A DNA stretch of 64,000 nucleotides from Eledone cirrhosa (taxonomy: Eukaryota): contig CAXHJY010000238.1 in the NCBI GenBank assembly GCA_964016885.1, positions 61,787-125,786 of the forward strand, given 5' to 3'. Position numbers and translations under genes: made by a program. Below, piece after piece: positions 1 through 14,377 of the stretch. Under the pieces are notes generated by a model, which saw only the letters and a list, made by a program, of their open reading frames with translations, had not been told where the DNA came from and made no database searches. Every line of letters begins with the position of its first letter. Within the stretch, counting starts at the first letter, position 1.

Positions 1-60
1 TAAATTTGCTCTATGGATTTCATCATCATCATATATATTATATATATATATATATATAAT

Positions 61-1428
61 TTAGCATACAGGTTGGTGTCCACCAGGGCTCTGTTTTTAG
101 CCCTCTCCTGTTTATTATCATAATGCTGGCTATAACAGGAGTTTAAGACTGGCTACCCATGGGAACTTCTGTATGTGGATGATCTTACATTTATAGCTGA
201 ATCTATGGTGGAACTAGAGAAGAAATTCCAAACATAGAAACAGGGCCTAGAAAGAATGGGTCTGAAAGTCAACCTGACAAAGACTAAGGTCCTCGTAAGT
301 AGACAAGAAAACAGAACCCTGATCTCCTCGGGGAAATAGCCTTGCTCAGTGTGTAGGAAAGATATAGGTAGAAATTCCATCCTCTGCCACAAATGCAAAC
401 TATGGGGACACAAGAGATGTAGTGGGATCTCAGGAAGTTTAGTTGAGAATGTAGGCTTTACATGTAGCAGTTGCACTGGGACAGTATGCTGCAAACAGCC
501 ACAGGAAACAACCACTGCCAAATTCTGGGAGGGCTCTGTAGAAACAGTAAACAGCTACTGCTACCTAGGTGACCAAATTAGCAGAGGAGGTGGGTGTTAG
601 AAAGTACAGTAACCAGGGTAAGGACGGGATGGAAGAAGTTCAGTGAGCTACTACCACTGGTGGCTACAAAAGGCTTTTGCCTCAAAATGAAAGGCAGACT
701 GTATGATGTGTGCATATGAACAGCAATGTGACATGGTAGTGAGACCTGGGCGTTGTGTGCAGAAGACTTGCGTAGATTAGAAAAAAACGAAGCTTGCATG
801 CTCCGATGGATGTGTAATAGTAATATCCGCGAACGGCAAAGCATAAATGAATTGAGAGAGAGACTGAGCATAAGAGGGATTAACTGCTGTGTGCAAGAGA
901 AGAGATTACATTGGTATGGACATGTGATGCATATGAAGGATGACAGCTGCATAAAAAGGTGCAGATTGCTCAAAGTCAATGGAAGCCTTGGAATGGGGAG
1001 ACCCAAGAAGACCAGGGATGAGGTGATAAAAGCTGACCTTGCCCAATTTCACCTCTCAAACAGGACCGAGACCTCTGGCAATACGCAGTAATACAGAAGA
1101 CCTGACTTCCCACAGGCACAAGCCGAATCTGAAGCATATATACAGTATGTCCCCACCCCTCCCACTGTAAAATAGTCGTGGAGGTGTCATGACAAAAAAG
1201 CCACCAGCCCACACTGTAAAGGGGTCGTGTAGGTGCCACGGTAAAAAAAGGACCCAGCACTCACTGTAAGTGAGGTTGGTGTTAGGAAGGGCATCCAGCT
1301 GTAGAAATCAAGCCAAAATCAGTTCCCGTATGGGCAAGACATGGTCACCTGACCTGGCATTGCCCACAGCAGGGCAACCCGTCTAACCTAGTGTGGAAGA
1401 ACGGATGTAAAATGGTGATGATGATGAT
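61..1428 (+). mobile_element. Decayed 3' part of PHD-type RTE LINE
   Basis: Broken frames match the 14483 ORF (GVHQGSV, YVDD, CRKDIGRNSILC, LEKNEACMLRWMC). Has the RTE 3' UTR (ggttggtgttaggaagggcatccagctgtag) and a (GAT)n tail. Several stops and frameshifts. Confidence 0.9.
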
Positions 1429-1689
1429 AAAACAGAGCCAGAAGGAATACCACAAATCACTCTATTCACGTTCTAACGACTCGTCGCCTACGTCTACATA
1501 AAGATATATCTATATATTATAATCTGAACCTTAAGGAATTCATCTTTAATACATAATTTCATTTAATCCTGTATCCCCAGGGACTTGATAAAATATACAA
1601 TGTAGGAACAGGGCAACCTCATACATATATATATGCATACATACATACATGCATGCATACATACATACATACATACATGCACACGTTTA

Positions 1690-2100
1690 TATTTTGCGAC
1701 CAAATTAAAACACAGCCAGCCTGATATTGTTGTTTGGGATCACACATTGAAAATGTGATCCGTTATAGAAATCATCTGCTTACTTGATGTCAACGTTGTA
1801 AGAAAAATACAAGAGAAGGAAGACATCTACGGACCATTGATGAGGAATTTGCAGATCCGGTATCCGAGATACACCTTTAGCTTCATACCCATCATTATTG
1901 GAGCTACAGGTTATATACCAACCTGCTTGGACCAAAGTATAACTGAACTTGGATTAGTGGGCAAAGAACGCAGCTCCCTAATTCATAGACTACGAAATTT
2001 GCAAAACATTCTTGCGATTTAAGAGATGACAATTTCTTTTCTTTTACAACCAGCCACCAGGAAGGTGGCTGGTCAAAAATGTACTCAAAATTAAGAGAAA
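1690..2100 (+). mobile_element. Decayed 3' end of R4/Dong-like RLE non-LTR retrotransposon
   Basis: Encodes PDIVVWDHTLK...EKEDIYGPLMRNLQIRYPRYTFSFIPIIIGATGYIP. Has the same 3' UTR (ccaccaggaaggtggctggtcaaaaa...aaattaagagaaa) as the element at 39002-40153. Flanked by (CATA)n. Confidence 0.85.
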
Positions 2101-2275
2101 CATACATACATATATGCATGCATGTATTCATACGTATATACATCCATACTGTCACACACAGATACATAAACACATATTCTACTTGTTATATAAAACATGT
2201 TTCATTTACTTTTATAGGGCAAAGGAAAGAAAAAAGGTGAGCTGCTAAAATAATTTTATTTTTATTTGTGTGTGC

Positions 2276-2362
<87 letters not shown>

Positions 2363-3191
2363 GGGACTAACAATTATCATGTAAGTATTAAGCCAGCCCT
2401 AGGTGAGAACTTCTCAATCACCATCAGAATGAACATGACCCAGACACCATAGGGTTCTCCTCTTACTGAAGGTAATACATTTCAGGGCTGCCCTTCTTTA
2501 TGTTAGTTGGTACATATGGAGTTATTAAATGTATTCCAAGCCAAGCCAGTTTATTTACTACACCAGATCTCAACCACACACACACACATAATATTAGGTA
2601 TGAATCGAAGTTGTAGCTGCCATATTGCAGGTACTATTCAAGTTGTTTGAGGCAATCACAGAGCACTCAATAGAGCGGGATGTTAATACATTACTGTCCA
2701 GAGTTCACATCAGTTAATAAGTGTGACACCAAGAAAAGCGACTGAAGGCAGTGGCTATACATATAACCACAACAACGATAGATACAGAAAGGTTGAAAAC
2801 CTATATAGTTTACCAAAAAAAATTCAAAATAGGGTGCACATGGGACAAAGACAATGGGGAAAAATGGTGCATTAAGGTTGTGTGGGTGTTTGAGGAAACA
2901 TAAGGAATTATTGAAGGAAATGTGACATGAATTGAAAGATCCAGAATTCACTGACATGACAATGTTAATGAGAACTAATGAGAACTGGTGGCAGTGGTGA
3001 CCATATTTTAAACTGTTTTAACCAAATTTAAATTGTAAATTATTTTGTTGTTTTTCAGGTTTCAAAAAGAAGCGGAAAGCCTGAGAAGTATACTGATTAA
3101 TTAATAAAATACCATTTGTAAATTAAAAATTAATTGTTATTGTAATTATTATAATTAGGTTGTTGTTTAGAGCAGATCTATCTTCAAATGT

Positions 3192-3405
3192 ATTCCAGCT
3201 GTGGCCATCCTGTCTTATTTTGGAATCCAACATCACATTAAAGGTATTCCATATGTGACCTTCCTACCTTATTTTGGAACCCAACATCATATTATAATTC
3301 TAGCTGTGATCATCCTCTCTTATTTTGGAACCTAGTATCACATAATTCCAGATGTGACCATCTTGTCATATTTTGGAGCACTGCATCACATTTTAATTCC
3401 AGATG
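3192..3405. repeat. Degenerate ~50-bp minisatellite, about 4 copies
   Basis: Repeated attccagmtgtgrccatcct.tcttattttggaa.c.a.catcaca. Confidence 0.7.
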
Positions 3406-3458
3406 TATGTGTATGTATATATATATAAATATATACACATTCACACACACATGTACCT

Positions 3459-5290
3459 ATGAAGACAGGCAAGGCAGCTGGGCCTTCGGAGATAGTTGCT
3501 GAAATGTTGAAGGGATCTGGAATGGTGGGACATACTATGGTCACCCGGATAGTAAACCAAGTAATACAGAATGGGGTCATACCAAATGACTGGCGTAGCA
3601 GCATCATCATCAACTGTTACAAGGGCAAAGGAGATGCCCTGGATAGAGGAAACTATAGGGGCATTAAATTAGTTGACCAAGTCATGAAAGTCGCAGAAAG
3701 AGTTATTAGTCAACTGATTAGAGACCAAATTGATCTAGATGAAATGCAGTTTGGGTTTGTGCCAGGTAAAAATACCATGGATGTTCTTTTCCTTGTATGG
3801 CAATTACAGGAGAAGTACCTAGCTAACAGTAAACCCCTCTACTTTTGTTGACCTGGAGAAGGCCTTTGAGAGAGTCCCACGCACCTTAGAAAACTAGGAG
3901 TGGAAGAATGGCTTGTGAGAGCTATACAAGCCATGTATAGAGGAACAGTCAGCAAGGTTAGAATTAACAATGAATATAGTGATGAATTTAGCGTAATAGT
4001 AGAGGTTCACCAGGGCTCTGTTCTTAGCCCCCTCCTGTTTATTATTTTCCTACAGGCTATAACAGAGGGGTTTAAGACTGGCTGTCAATGGGAACTTCTA
4101 TATGTAGATGATCTAACTCTCATAGCTGAATCTATGGCTGAACTAGAAAGGAAGTTCCAAACATGGAAGCATGGCCTTGAGTCAAAAGGCCTTAGAGTTA
4201 ACTTGTCTAAGACTAAGGTTCTAGTATGTAGAACAGAGAATAGGGCACAGGTGCCCTCTGGGAAATGGCCATGCTCAGTGTGTAGGAAAGGAGTAGGTAG
4301 AAATTCCATTCTATGTCCCAAATGCAAACTATGGGTACATAAATGATGTTGTGTGATCACAGGCAAGTATCTAAGAATGTAAATTTTAATATGTGACTGA
4401 TGCTCAGGTGCAGTAAGTAGCAAGGATCCACTGGATGATATCCTTCAACTGCCCAGATGGTTCTATAGAAATAGTAGACACCTTCTGTTACCTGGGTGAC
4501 AAAATCAGCAGTAGAGGAGGGTGCTCTGAAAGTGTAGTAGCCAGAGTTAGAACGGGATGGAAAAAGTTCAGAGAGCTAATACTGCTGTTGGCCACAAAAG
4601 GTTTCTCTCTAAAAATGAAAGACAGATTGTATGATGCATGTATACGAATGGCGATATTTCATGGTAGTGAGACTTGGGCATTGTGTGCTGAAGACCTGCG
4701 TAGATTAGAAAGAAATGAAGCTTGCATGCTCCGATGGATGTGTAATAGTAATGTGTGTGAAAGGCGAAGCATAAGAGGTATCAAATGTGTTCTGGAGAGG
4801 AGATTGCGTTGGTATGGACATGTTATGCATATGAAGGACGAAAAAAAAGTGAGTAGACCAAGAACAACCTGAGACAAGGTGATAAAAACTGACCTTGCTC
4901 ACCTACACCTCTATGAGACAATGACACTGGATCGAGACCTTTGGCGCCATGCAGTTGTACAGAAGAACCGACTGCCATTGCATACAAACCTACAGGTGTA
5001 ATCCAATGTACACCCTACCCCATCCCTCCTTTCCCATTCCGTCCACTATCGATGACACAACAGTCTACACTGTAAGGTGACCATGTAGGAGACATGGTGA
5101 AAAGGCCCCCCAGTCCAAACTGTAAATGTGGTTGGTGTTAGGAAGGGCATCCAGCTGTAAAAAACAACCTGCCAGAGACGGTTCTGTGCGAGTGAGACAT
5201 GGTCTTCCGACCATTCCAGCATCAAATGAAACAAAAGCGTCCAACCCATGCTAGCGTGGAAAATGGACATTAAACAATGATGATGATGAT
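3459..5290 (+). mobile_element. 5'-truncated decayed RTE LINE (subfamily B, copy 1)
   Basis: RT motifs over three broken ORFs (KGKGDALDRGNYRGIKL, QFGFVPG, HQGSVLSPLLF, YVDD), PHD-like insert, RTE 3' UTR, (GAT)n tail. Confidence 0.92.
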
Positions 5291-5689
5291 ATATACTATC
5301 ATCATCATCATCGTCATCTTAATGCCTGTCATCTCTGCTAGCAAATATATAATATATATATGTACATACATACTTAAGGGTGCTGTCAGTTGTGAAATGT
5401 TTAAAAAATTGGAAGAGCTTGTTATCCCTGTGTCAGAGAACCCTTTAGCATCTACATTACTCTATATATACTACTATACTCTCACGGTAAAGTCTTTACT
5501 TCACATAATATCGAATCTATGAGATTTAGATATTATTTATTTTGAGAACAATATCTTGTGTGAGCAGCCCATTACAGTCGGTTTAACAGAAAGACAAATG
5601 TGTTGTAATAAATAAGCTTTCTCTAGCGACATCAAAATAAGCACAAGACATGCAGGAAAATATGGAGACGGAGGGTCTGGAATCTAAAG

Positions 5690-6618
5690 GAGCTCTCGAT
5701 TAAATATAAGTTTAGAAGGACCCTCGGGATGCATTTGATGAGCTAGATACCGATGACGTAGAGTACAACAGGAAATTCTAATGTGACAACATTTTTCAGA
5801 CTACTGACAAGACTTGTGGCTGGAGTAAAGCACCAGCCAGTCAGAGGGTGATCTGGTGGTGGAAAAGCTCAGTGGATAGAGCCATCAAAGCCAAGAGACA
5901 GACTGGAAAGATGGGGGTAGCAGAGACCGGTTCCATGTAGCTGAGAGGGAAGCCAGGCGACATGTATACACAGCTTGGAGAAAGGCTTAAAAAAGAAAGT
6001 TTGCCAACATCTTGAGACGTGAGGAACAAAGATGATAAGTGTTCCCCATTGCAAGGCAGCGTGTCAGTGTAAATTAAGATGTTGGGGAAACATGTTAGAA
6101 ACGACACTGGTGCACTTAGCACCACTGATGCTCAAAAGAAAGAGGCCTGGAAATGTTACTATGAGAGACTGATGAATGGGAGGAAGAGAAACTACCCCCA
6201 ACTTACCCAACAGAAGGGCCAGCTATTGAAGTTGACAGTTTTAGGGTTAAAGAAGCAATCAAAGATATAAAGAACGGTAAAGCTGTGGGACCGTTAGAGA
6301 TAGTTGCTGAGATTCTAAAAGCGTCAGCTGGAGTAGGAATCAAACTAGTAACCCTCATAGATGGACGAGGTAATACAGCAGTACAATAGTAAATTGCTAC
6401 AAGGGCAAAGGTGATGCTCTAGAGAGGGGCAACTGTAGAGGAATAAAACTAATGGACCAAGTTATGAAAGTGAAAGAAAGAGTTATAGCGTAGCTATTTA
6501 AAGAGTCAAATTAGAAAAGATGCAGTTTGGTTTCATGCCTGGGAATAGTACTATAGATGCCTTCTTTTTAGTGAGGCAAGAGTAGTTCCTAGCCCAAAAG
6601 AAGCTACTATACCTAACT
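5690..6618 (+). mobile_element. Old internal RTE fragment (EN-RT linker and start of RT)
   Basis: Similar to [42 protein letters not shown] in the 14483 ORF. Many indels. Confidence 0.8.
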
Positions 6619-6794
6619 TGGCGCTGGTGGTTGTCAGGTTTTCTGTCCCGGCATTGGCATTTGACGCAACGTTTGTAACAAATATAACAATGAATGCAAT
6701 ATTAACACTTGAAAATTAATAAAACCTACGGTGTTATATTGAGATGCGTTGTGACAGACAAAACAAGAAATATATTTTTAAAAAATAATAGTTA

Positions 6795-7135
6795 CTGATT
6801 TAGACACAAGGCCATCAATTTTTAGGGGAGGGAAAAGTCGATTAAATCGGTACTTTATTTTATCGACCCCTTAAGGAAGAAAAGCGAAGCTAACTCCAGC
6901 GGGATTTGAACTCAGAACGTAAAGGGCTGCAATATAATATAATAATAATTGTTTCTATTTTTGGCACAAGGCCAGCAAATACTCAGTACATTACTGGTAC
7001 TTTATTTTATCGACCTCGTAAGGATGAAAGGCAAAGTTAACCTCGGCGGGATTTGAACTAAAATCCTAAAGGGACGTAACTCTATGCTTCAAAGCATGGT
7101 GTCCGACTCTCTACCGATACTGCCAATCCACCAAT
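6795..7135 (-). mobile_element. Tandem pair of tRNA-derived SINEs
   Basis: Minus strand has B-box-like gttcaaatcccgc followed by aactttgcctttcatcctt...gtcgataaaataaagtacc (resembles a Deu/Nin-type SINE core) and tail ctggccttgtgcc. Same arrangement at 57660-58050. Confidence 0.75.
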
Positions 7136-7136
7136 A

Positions 7137-7570
7137 ATGATTTCATTTATTACCCACAAGGGCCGACATGTAGGGGAGAATACAAAGACAGGGACAGTGG
7201 GGGTTTACAATAAGGTCGAGTAAAAGTGCACAATGGCAAGACTAATTTAACAATGAAGATATAAAATATAAAATAAACTATGCATAAATATAACAAAATA
7301 AATTCCCCTATCGTGGGTGGACGACCCAGGGGTGACTCAGGTACCCCGCCAATCCTGAACCGCCCTGCGCTTCTAGGGCACCCAGGGAGAGCACCCCTCT
7401 CCTCACATTAGCTAGCCTATAGGCGCATGGTCAGAGTAGGCCCATTCACACGGGCCATTCTCGCCACATTCATCCACCTTTTAGCAAATGTACTGGGGGG
7501 CAGCACTTCTCTCTCCACCCTCACCTTCCTTTCCAGGTGAAACTTGAAGAAGTTGATGAGGGATTGGCTG
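7137..7570 (-). mobile_element. Probable 3' end of an L1/Tx1-like LINE
   Basis: Minus frame reads SQSLINFFKFHLERKVRVEREVLPPSTFAKRWMNVARMARVNGPTLTMRL*, with an F..RW motif like Tx1/L1 ORF2 C-termini. GC-rich 3' UTR and terminal AATAAA. Family assignment is inference. Confidence 0.55.
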
Positions 7571-8261
7571 AAGATATAATAATAATAGAACGAGTGGAGT
7601 ACCGGACATGACTTGCATTATTCTGTTACGTCCCTTTAACTCTGGAACGACACAGTTTATTGACTCTCCTTGCTAGGATTATGGCAGTGTCAGATTTTCA
7701 GATGTTGGGATGTGTTTCGTATTTTTTAAAATTATAGCTTTCTTTCCTTTGTTAATTTATTTTAAATATTCAAATGAAAAAAATAAACACACACACACAC
7801 AAAGTGATATATATATCTCGTCTGCATCTATTTAACCATAAAAGCTAACAATAAATTCCATTGTCAATGCTTTGAGAGAGTTTAAACATTGAATAGATTA
7901 GCTATGGTAATAATTGTGAGTGGTAGAACAGGTCTTGAATTATTGGGATTTTCTGCTTTAAAATGTTAATTAAACTAATAAAAGTAAACATACAAATAAT
8001 TTAGTTTAAAAAAAATGTACGTTTGTAACACAAGTAGCAAGTTCAATCGATAGAGGTAGATGGAAGATCATAACATTTTTTTTTTAACAATTAGATAAGA
8101 GGTGGGGCTTTAAAAAAATGGAATATTTTCAGTCGAGCTACCAAGAGTCAACTGCCCTTGTTTTTCACAACTGACTGCAAGGTGTCGTTGTTGTATCCAC
8201 AGCAACCAACCAATTGCTCCGCCACCGTCACTTCCTCTCTGCAGCTGTGGTTCCATGCAAT

Positions 8262-8415
8262 ACCACCACCAATACTACTGCCACTATAACCATTACTACT
8301 ACTACCACCACCACCACCAATACTATTGCTACTATAACCACTATTACAACTACCACCACCACCAATACTACTGCTACTGTAACCACTACTACTACCATCA
8401 CCAGCACTACTACTA
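8262..8415. repeat. Mixed (ACC/ACT)n trinucleotide tract with a ~50-bp superperiod
   Basis: accaccaccaatactactgc.actataaccactac repeated about 3 times. Confidence 0.75.
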
Positions 8416-8664
8416 CTCTTACTTTCCCTCTCCACCTTATGTTTTTCTATCTCATATCTCTACCTCCTTCTCCCCACAGGTTTCCTGTTTAACCCCCTCC
8501 TTCAACATTCCTTACTCTCTCTCTCTGTCTACCTCATCTTTTTCTCACCTTGCCTTCTCTGCCAAACCTTATTTTCGTATCATTATCTTTCCTACTACTA
8601 CTATTACTTACAGTAGTAAGCGAGAGAAACACACACACACACACACAATATGAATGCCAGTAAA

Positions 8665-9020
8665 ACAGAGAGGGGGAGGGAATGGGCGTGAGAGAGAGAG
8701 AAGAGAGGCGCAGTGTGAGATGGAGCGATAGAGTAGAGAAGAGGCATAGTAAGAGGAGAAGCACAGTAAGAGATAGATAAAGAGAAAGAAGAGGAGCAGT
8801 AAGAGATAGATAGACAGACAGAGGAGAAGCAGAGTAAGAAATGAATAGAGAGAGAAGAGAGGCGCAGTAAGAGATAGATAGGGAGTGAGAGACAGAAGGG
8901 GCGTGGTAAGAGATAGATAGCCAGAGAAGAGTCGCAGTAAGAGATAGTTAGAAAGACCAAAGGTGCAGTAAGAGATAGAAAGATAAAGCAAGGAGAGGTA
9001 GAATAAGAGATAGACAGTAA
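8665..9020. repeat. Purine-rich degenerate tandem repeat
   Basis: Unit core gcagtaagagatagata with variable GA spacers, about 8-10 units. Confidence 0.75.
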
Positions 9021-9063
9021 ATTAAAAAGGAAGGGGTAAATAGTCTACAGTTGTCCCGGTCGG

Positions 9064-9082
9064 ACGCCACTAGAGGTCGCTG
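9064..9082 (+). promoter_or_regulatory. Candidate CTCF binding site
   Basis: acgccactagaggtcgctg closely matches the CTCF core CCACYAGRKGGCGC (one clear mismatch) in a short non-repetitive GC-richer patch. Confidence 0.45.
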
Positions 9083-9203
9083 GAATATTTAACTGGCAAT
9101 TCTTGCCTGTGTTTGGGGGCCGCTTGGTCGGTAGGTTGAAATTTATTTATATACACATAACATACCACTATATATATATATATATACACACACACACGCA
9201 TCA

Positions 9204-9268
9204 TGTCCCAAAAATATATACACACTTCAACAGCATTCTAATCAAAGTGTGTATACATTTTTGGGGGA

Positions 9269-9271
<3 letters not shown>
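9204..9271. mobile_element. Tiny MITE-like element with Tc1/mariner-style inverted ends
   Basis: tgtcccaaaaatatatacacactt ... aagtgtgtatacatttttgggggaca, imperfect inverted repeat adjacent to TA. Confidence 0.5.
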
Positions 9272-9310
<39 letters not shown>

Positions 9311-9353
9311 TAACAGCAACATGGATTGATAAGTTAAGACATCCCATACATAG

Positions 9354-9408
<55 letters not shown>

Positions 9409-9618
9409 TGGTATATTAATAGAGATAGAGATATTTTACTTGCATTTTTCTATTTGGAAATTCATAAGGAAAAAGCAAAACAGCCAATCATTAGCTTATA
9501 GGGCTGACTCATTTTACATTTGTGTCAAATAGTGTGCAGTGAATATGTATATATAATATATGTATATAAGTGTTTGTCAAATGAAATATCTCTCTCTCTC
9601 TATATATATATATTTATG

Positions 9619-9650
<32 letters not shown>

Positions 9651-9654
9651 ATTT

Positions 9655-9843
9655 TTCCACAACAAATTAGCAAACCATACTTGAGGACGCACGTTTCACC
9701 GAGCGGATTTTCAACCCGTGTTGAAACGCGCATCCTCGAGTATGGCTTACTAATTTGTTGTGGAAATAACTCTATACTCCGAACTCGTCCCCTGGACCGA
9801 GTGCTCTACTCACTATGGATGTAACCTCCCGGTTTTTTACCAC
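9655..9843 (+). mobile_element. Penelope-like fold-back terminal-repeat remnant
   Basis: ~44-bp inverted arms (9655-9698 and 9722-9766) containing the hammerhead 3' half gaaacgcgc. Unique tail carries tactcc...gagtgct. TA-repeat flanks. Confidence 0.5.
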
Positions 9844-9954
9844 TATATATATATATATATATATATATATGAGTTATATAGTTCTGTCATGTCTTTCTCA
9901 CAAGCACTGACTATCCTCCCCTCTCTTCCTCTTTTACTCTCATTTCCGTTTCCA

Positions 9955-10245
9955 TCTCTCTCATCGACTTAGCACTCTCCTTCCTCTCTCTCATCACCTT
10001 AACACTCTCTCTCCCCCTCTCTCTCATCACCTTAACACTCTCTCCCCCTCTCTCTCTCATCACCTTAACACTCTCTCCCTCTCTTTCATCACCTTATTAC
10101 TCTCCCCCTCTCATCGACTTATCACTGCTCCCCCCTTCTCTCATCACCTTATCACTCTCTCTCGTCACTTTATCATTCTTCCCCTCTCTCTCGTCGCCTT
10201 ATCACTCTCCCTCTTACCCCTTCTCACTTTATCACTCTCTCTCTC
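9955..10245. repeat. Pyrimidine-rich minisatellite
   Basis: Unit ctctcatcaccttaacactctc(cc) repeated about 9-10 times. Confidence 0.8.
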
Positions 10246-10413
10246 TCTGCCCCCCCCCCTATCACCCTGGTGTTTGTAAACACTAATATATTAAATATAT
10301 TTAATATATTTTGTTTATTTCTCTTGTTGCGTATCTCTCCTCCCCAATTACGACTGTGATCATTAATAGCCATTTCTTCCAACGTGTACACGTATATATA
10401 TATATATATATAT

Positions 10414-11162
<749 letters not shown>

Positions 11163-11169
11163 TATATAC

Positions 11170-11202
<33 letters not shown>

Positions 11203-12211
11203 GTGTGTGTATATATATATATGTGTGTGTGTGTGTATATATCGACAGTTACGCACTTGTAACTATTCTTATTTATCATCATACCAATTTCTCAATTCCA
11301 ATTTCTTAACTCTCGCACTGACATGTTTTTAAAATATTGTCTTCAATCCATTTCTTTAATCCGTTACATCTAACCCCCCCCCCCCCCTCTCTACACACAC
11401 ATATATATAAAGCAAGGGTAATAGAATATAGAATTTAATTTGTATGTAGTTATATATGAGTATATAATTGCCAAATATTTTCATTTTTGCTTATATATAT
11501 ATATTATAAGAGAGATATAAATTATTTGCTATCATGCATGAAAGATAAGAAGCAATATTATTACTACGAAATACTAGTTGCTTTGGTATCAAGAACGAGA
11601 AAGCCCTTTCTGTGTTAAACTGTTCTCAACTCTCTCCTCCATCCTATCTTAAATAAATGTTGCCAACCAATGGAAGGTACCTTATCATGGTCTCTGTCTG
11701 CAAGAAATAGCAACCAATTTCCCTTAAAATCACACAGTCTTAATAAAAAGCAGGTAGGACAAATTGAAAACACGGAATGGATTTTCACGGCCAAAATATC
11801 TTTTAATCTTAAGGGTTTTTTGGTCGGGGCTGTCTTAAGACAAAGCCATGGTAATAACTAAATTTACCACTAAGCTGGACCCTTTTCTATAATAAGTACT
11901 ATTATAAAACTTAAAGCAAACCTTGTTTCGCGATCCCACTTTGGGAAACACCGATTTCATATTTATTTGGCCATTAAGAAACGATGCTCGTCCCAACTAC
12001 GAGAAATAGCAACTACATAATTCTTCTCCCAAATCACAGACCATCAATAGATGGGAGGGTCACGTTTAGAACTCCTATAGTTATGTAACTACATCAAACA
12101 ACTTTGATTTAGTCTGTAATTCTGTCTTTGATCCAGAGAGAATCGTCGAAAGTTTTTCAATGATGGTGATTTTTGTTTAACCAATATAATTATAGAATCA
12201 TAATTATATAT

Positions 12212-12248
<37 letters not shown>

Positions 12249-12307
12249 TTCTCGTCGTTTTTACGTCCGATGGGTTGGGCTATATATATATATATATATA
12301 CACACAT

Positions 12308-12350
<43 letters not shown>

Positions 12351-12987
12351 GTGTGTGTGTGTATAAAATATAATATACATGCACTAGTGTTTTCGTGTAC
12401 CAAATTCCACTAGCGAGGCATTGGAAGCTATACCTCCCACTCTCACCAAGCGTGAACCTAATCCAACTATGTACAATTGACTCCTGCATTTGTTTGTTTG
12501 TCCTTTTGAACTATAGAGAGATAGAGATAGATAATAGATAGAGAGATAAATATATAGATAGATAGATGGAGAGATAGATACCGCACAACTACATAAATAT
12601 ATATACACATGTGTGGCTGCTTATATAATCTATACACACCACACAACAGTGTGTGTATATTTATGCGTGTGTGTGACTGTTTACATTGGTTCGTCGTCTT
12701 CCTCTTGAAGGGTTTCCATTCTTTTTTCTCAAGTATATTTTATATTTCTCTTTATTAATATTAATACTAAACAGACTTGCTGCTGATAAATATAAACTTA
12801 ATTCATTTCTCCACCATCGTTTTTAACTTGTATATCTGATTTGTGTTGAAGTTAGAATGATCAAATTTCTAACTATTCCTCAAAATCCTGTTAATACATT
12901 TTTTAGTCTAACCCTTCCATCTATATATCCAACATTGAGTGTGTGTGTGTATATATATATATTTATTGGTAAATACCCTCCCAAAGT

Positions 12988-14377
12988 ATAACTATATATA
13001 ACTATATATAACTATATATAACTATATATAACTATATATAACTATATATAACTATATATAACTATATATAACTATATATAACTATATATAACTATATATA
13101 ACTATATATAACTATATATATAACTATATAAAATATTAAAAAAATAATGAATAAAACAATGAAACAGTTCCTTATATTAAACAAAAAGTTCTTGGTAGAT
13201 TTATCTATATATATAACTATATATATATAACTATATATATATAACTATATATATATAACTATATATATATAACTATATATATATATATAACTATATATAT
13301 ATATAACTATATATATAACTATATATATATATAACTATATATATAACTATATAACTATATATATAACTATATAACTATATATATATATAACTATATATAT
13401 ATATATATAACTATATATATATATATAACTATATATATAACTATATATATATATATAACTATATATATATATATAACTATATATATATATATAACTATAT
13501 ATATATATATAACTATATATATATATATATATAACTATATATATATATATATATAACTATATATATATATATATATATATAACTATATATATATATATAA
13601 CTATATATATATATATAACTATATATAACTATATAACTATATATAACTATATATATATATATATAACTATATATATATATATATATATATATAACTATAT
13701 ATATATATATATATATAACTATATATATATATATATATATAACTATATATATATATATATATAACTATATATATATATATATAACTATATATATATATAT
13801 ATATATAACTATATATATATATATAACTATATATATAACTATATATATATATATAACTATATATATAACTATATATATATATATATATATATAACTATAT
13901 ATATATATATATATATATATAACTATATATATATATAACTATATATATATATATATAACTATATATATATATATATAACTATATATATATATATAACTAT
14001 ATATATATAACTATATATATATATATATAACTATATATATATATATATATAACTATATATATATATATATAACTATATATATATATATATAACTATATAT
14101 ATATATATATATAACTATATATATATATATATATAACTATATATATATATATATATAACTATATATATATATATATATAACTATATATATATATATATAT
14201 AACTATATATATATATATATATAACTATATATATATATATATATAACTATATATATATATATATATAACTATATATATATATATATATAACTATATATAT
14301 ATATATATATAACTATATATATATATATATATAACTATATATATATATATATATAACTATATATATATATATATAAT
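12988..14377. repeat. AAC-interrupted TA satellite, (ACTATATATA)n and length variants
   Basis: Perfect 10-mers at 12991-13110, then units of variable (TA) length. One ~75-bp unique interruption near 13131-13205. Confidence 0.95.

Noticed and set aside
8148-8435. 95-aa Ser/Gly-rich ORF on the minus strand
   Set aside because: Mostly translated trinucleotide repeat with no recognisable domain.
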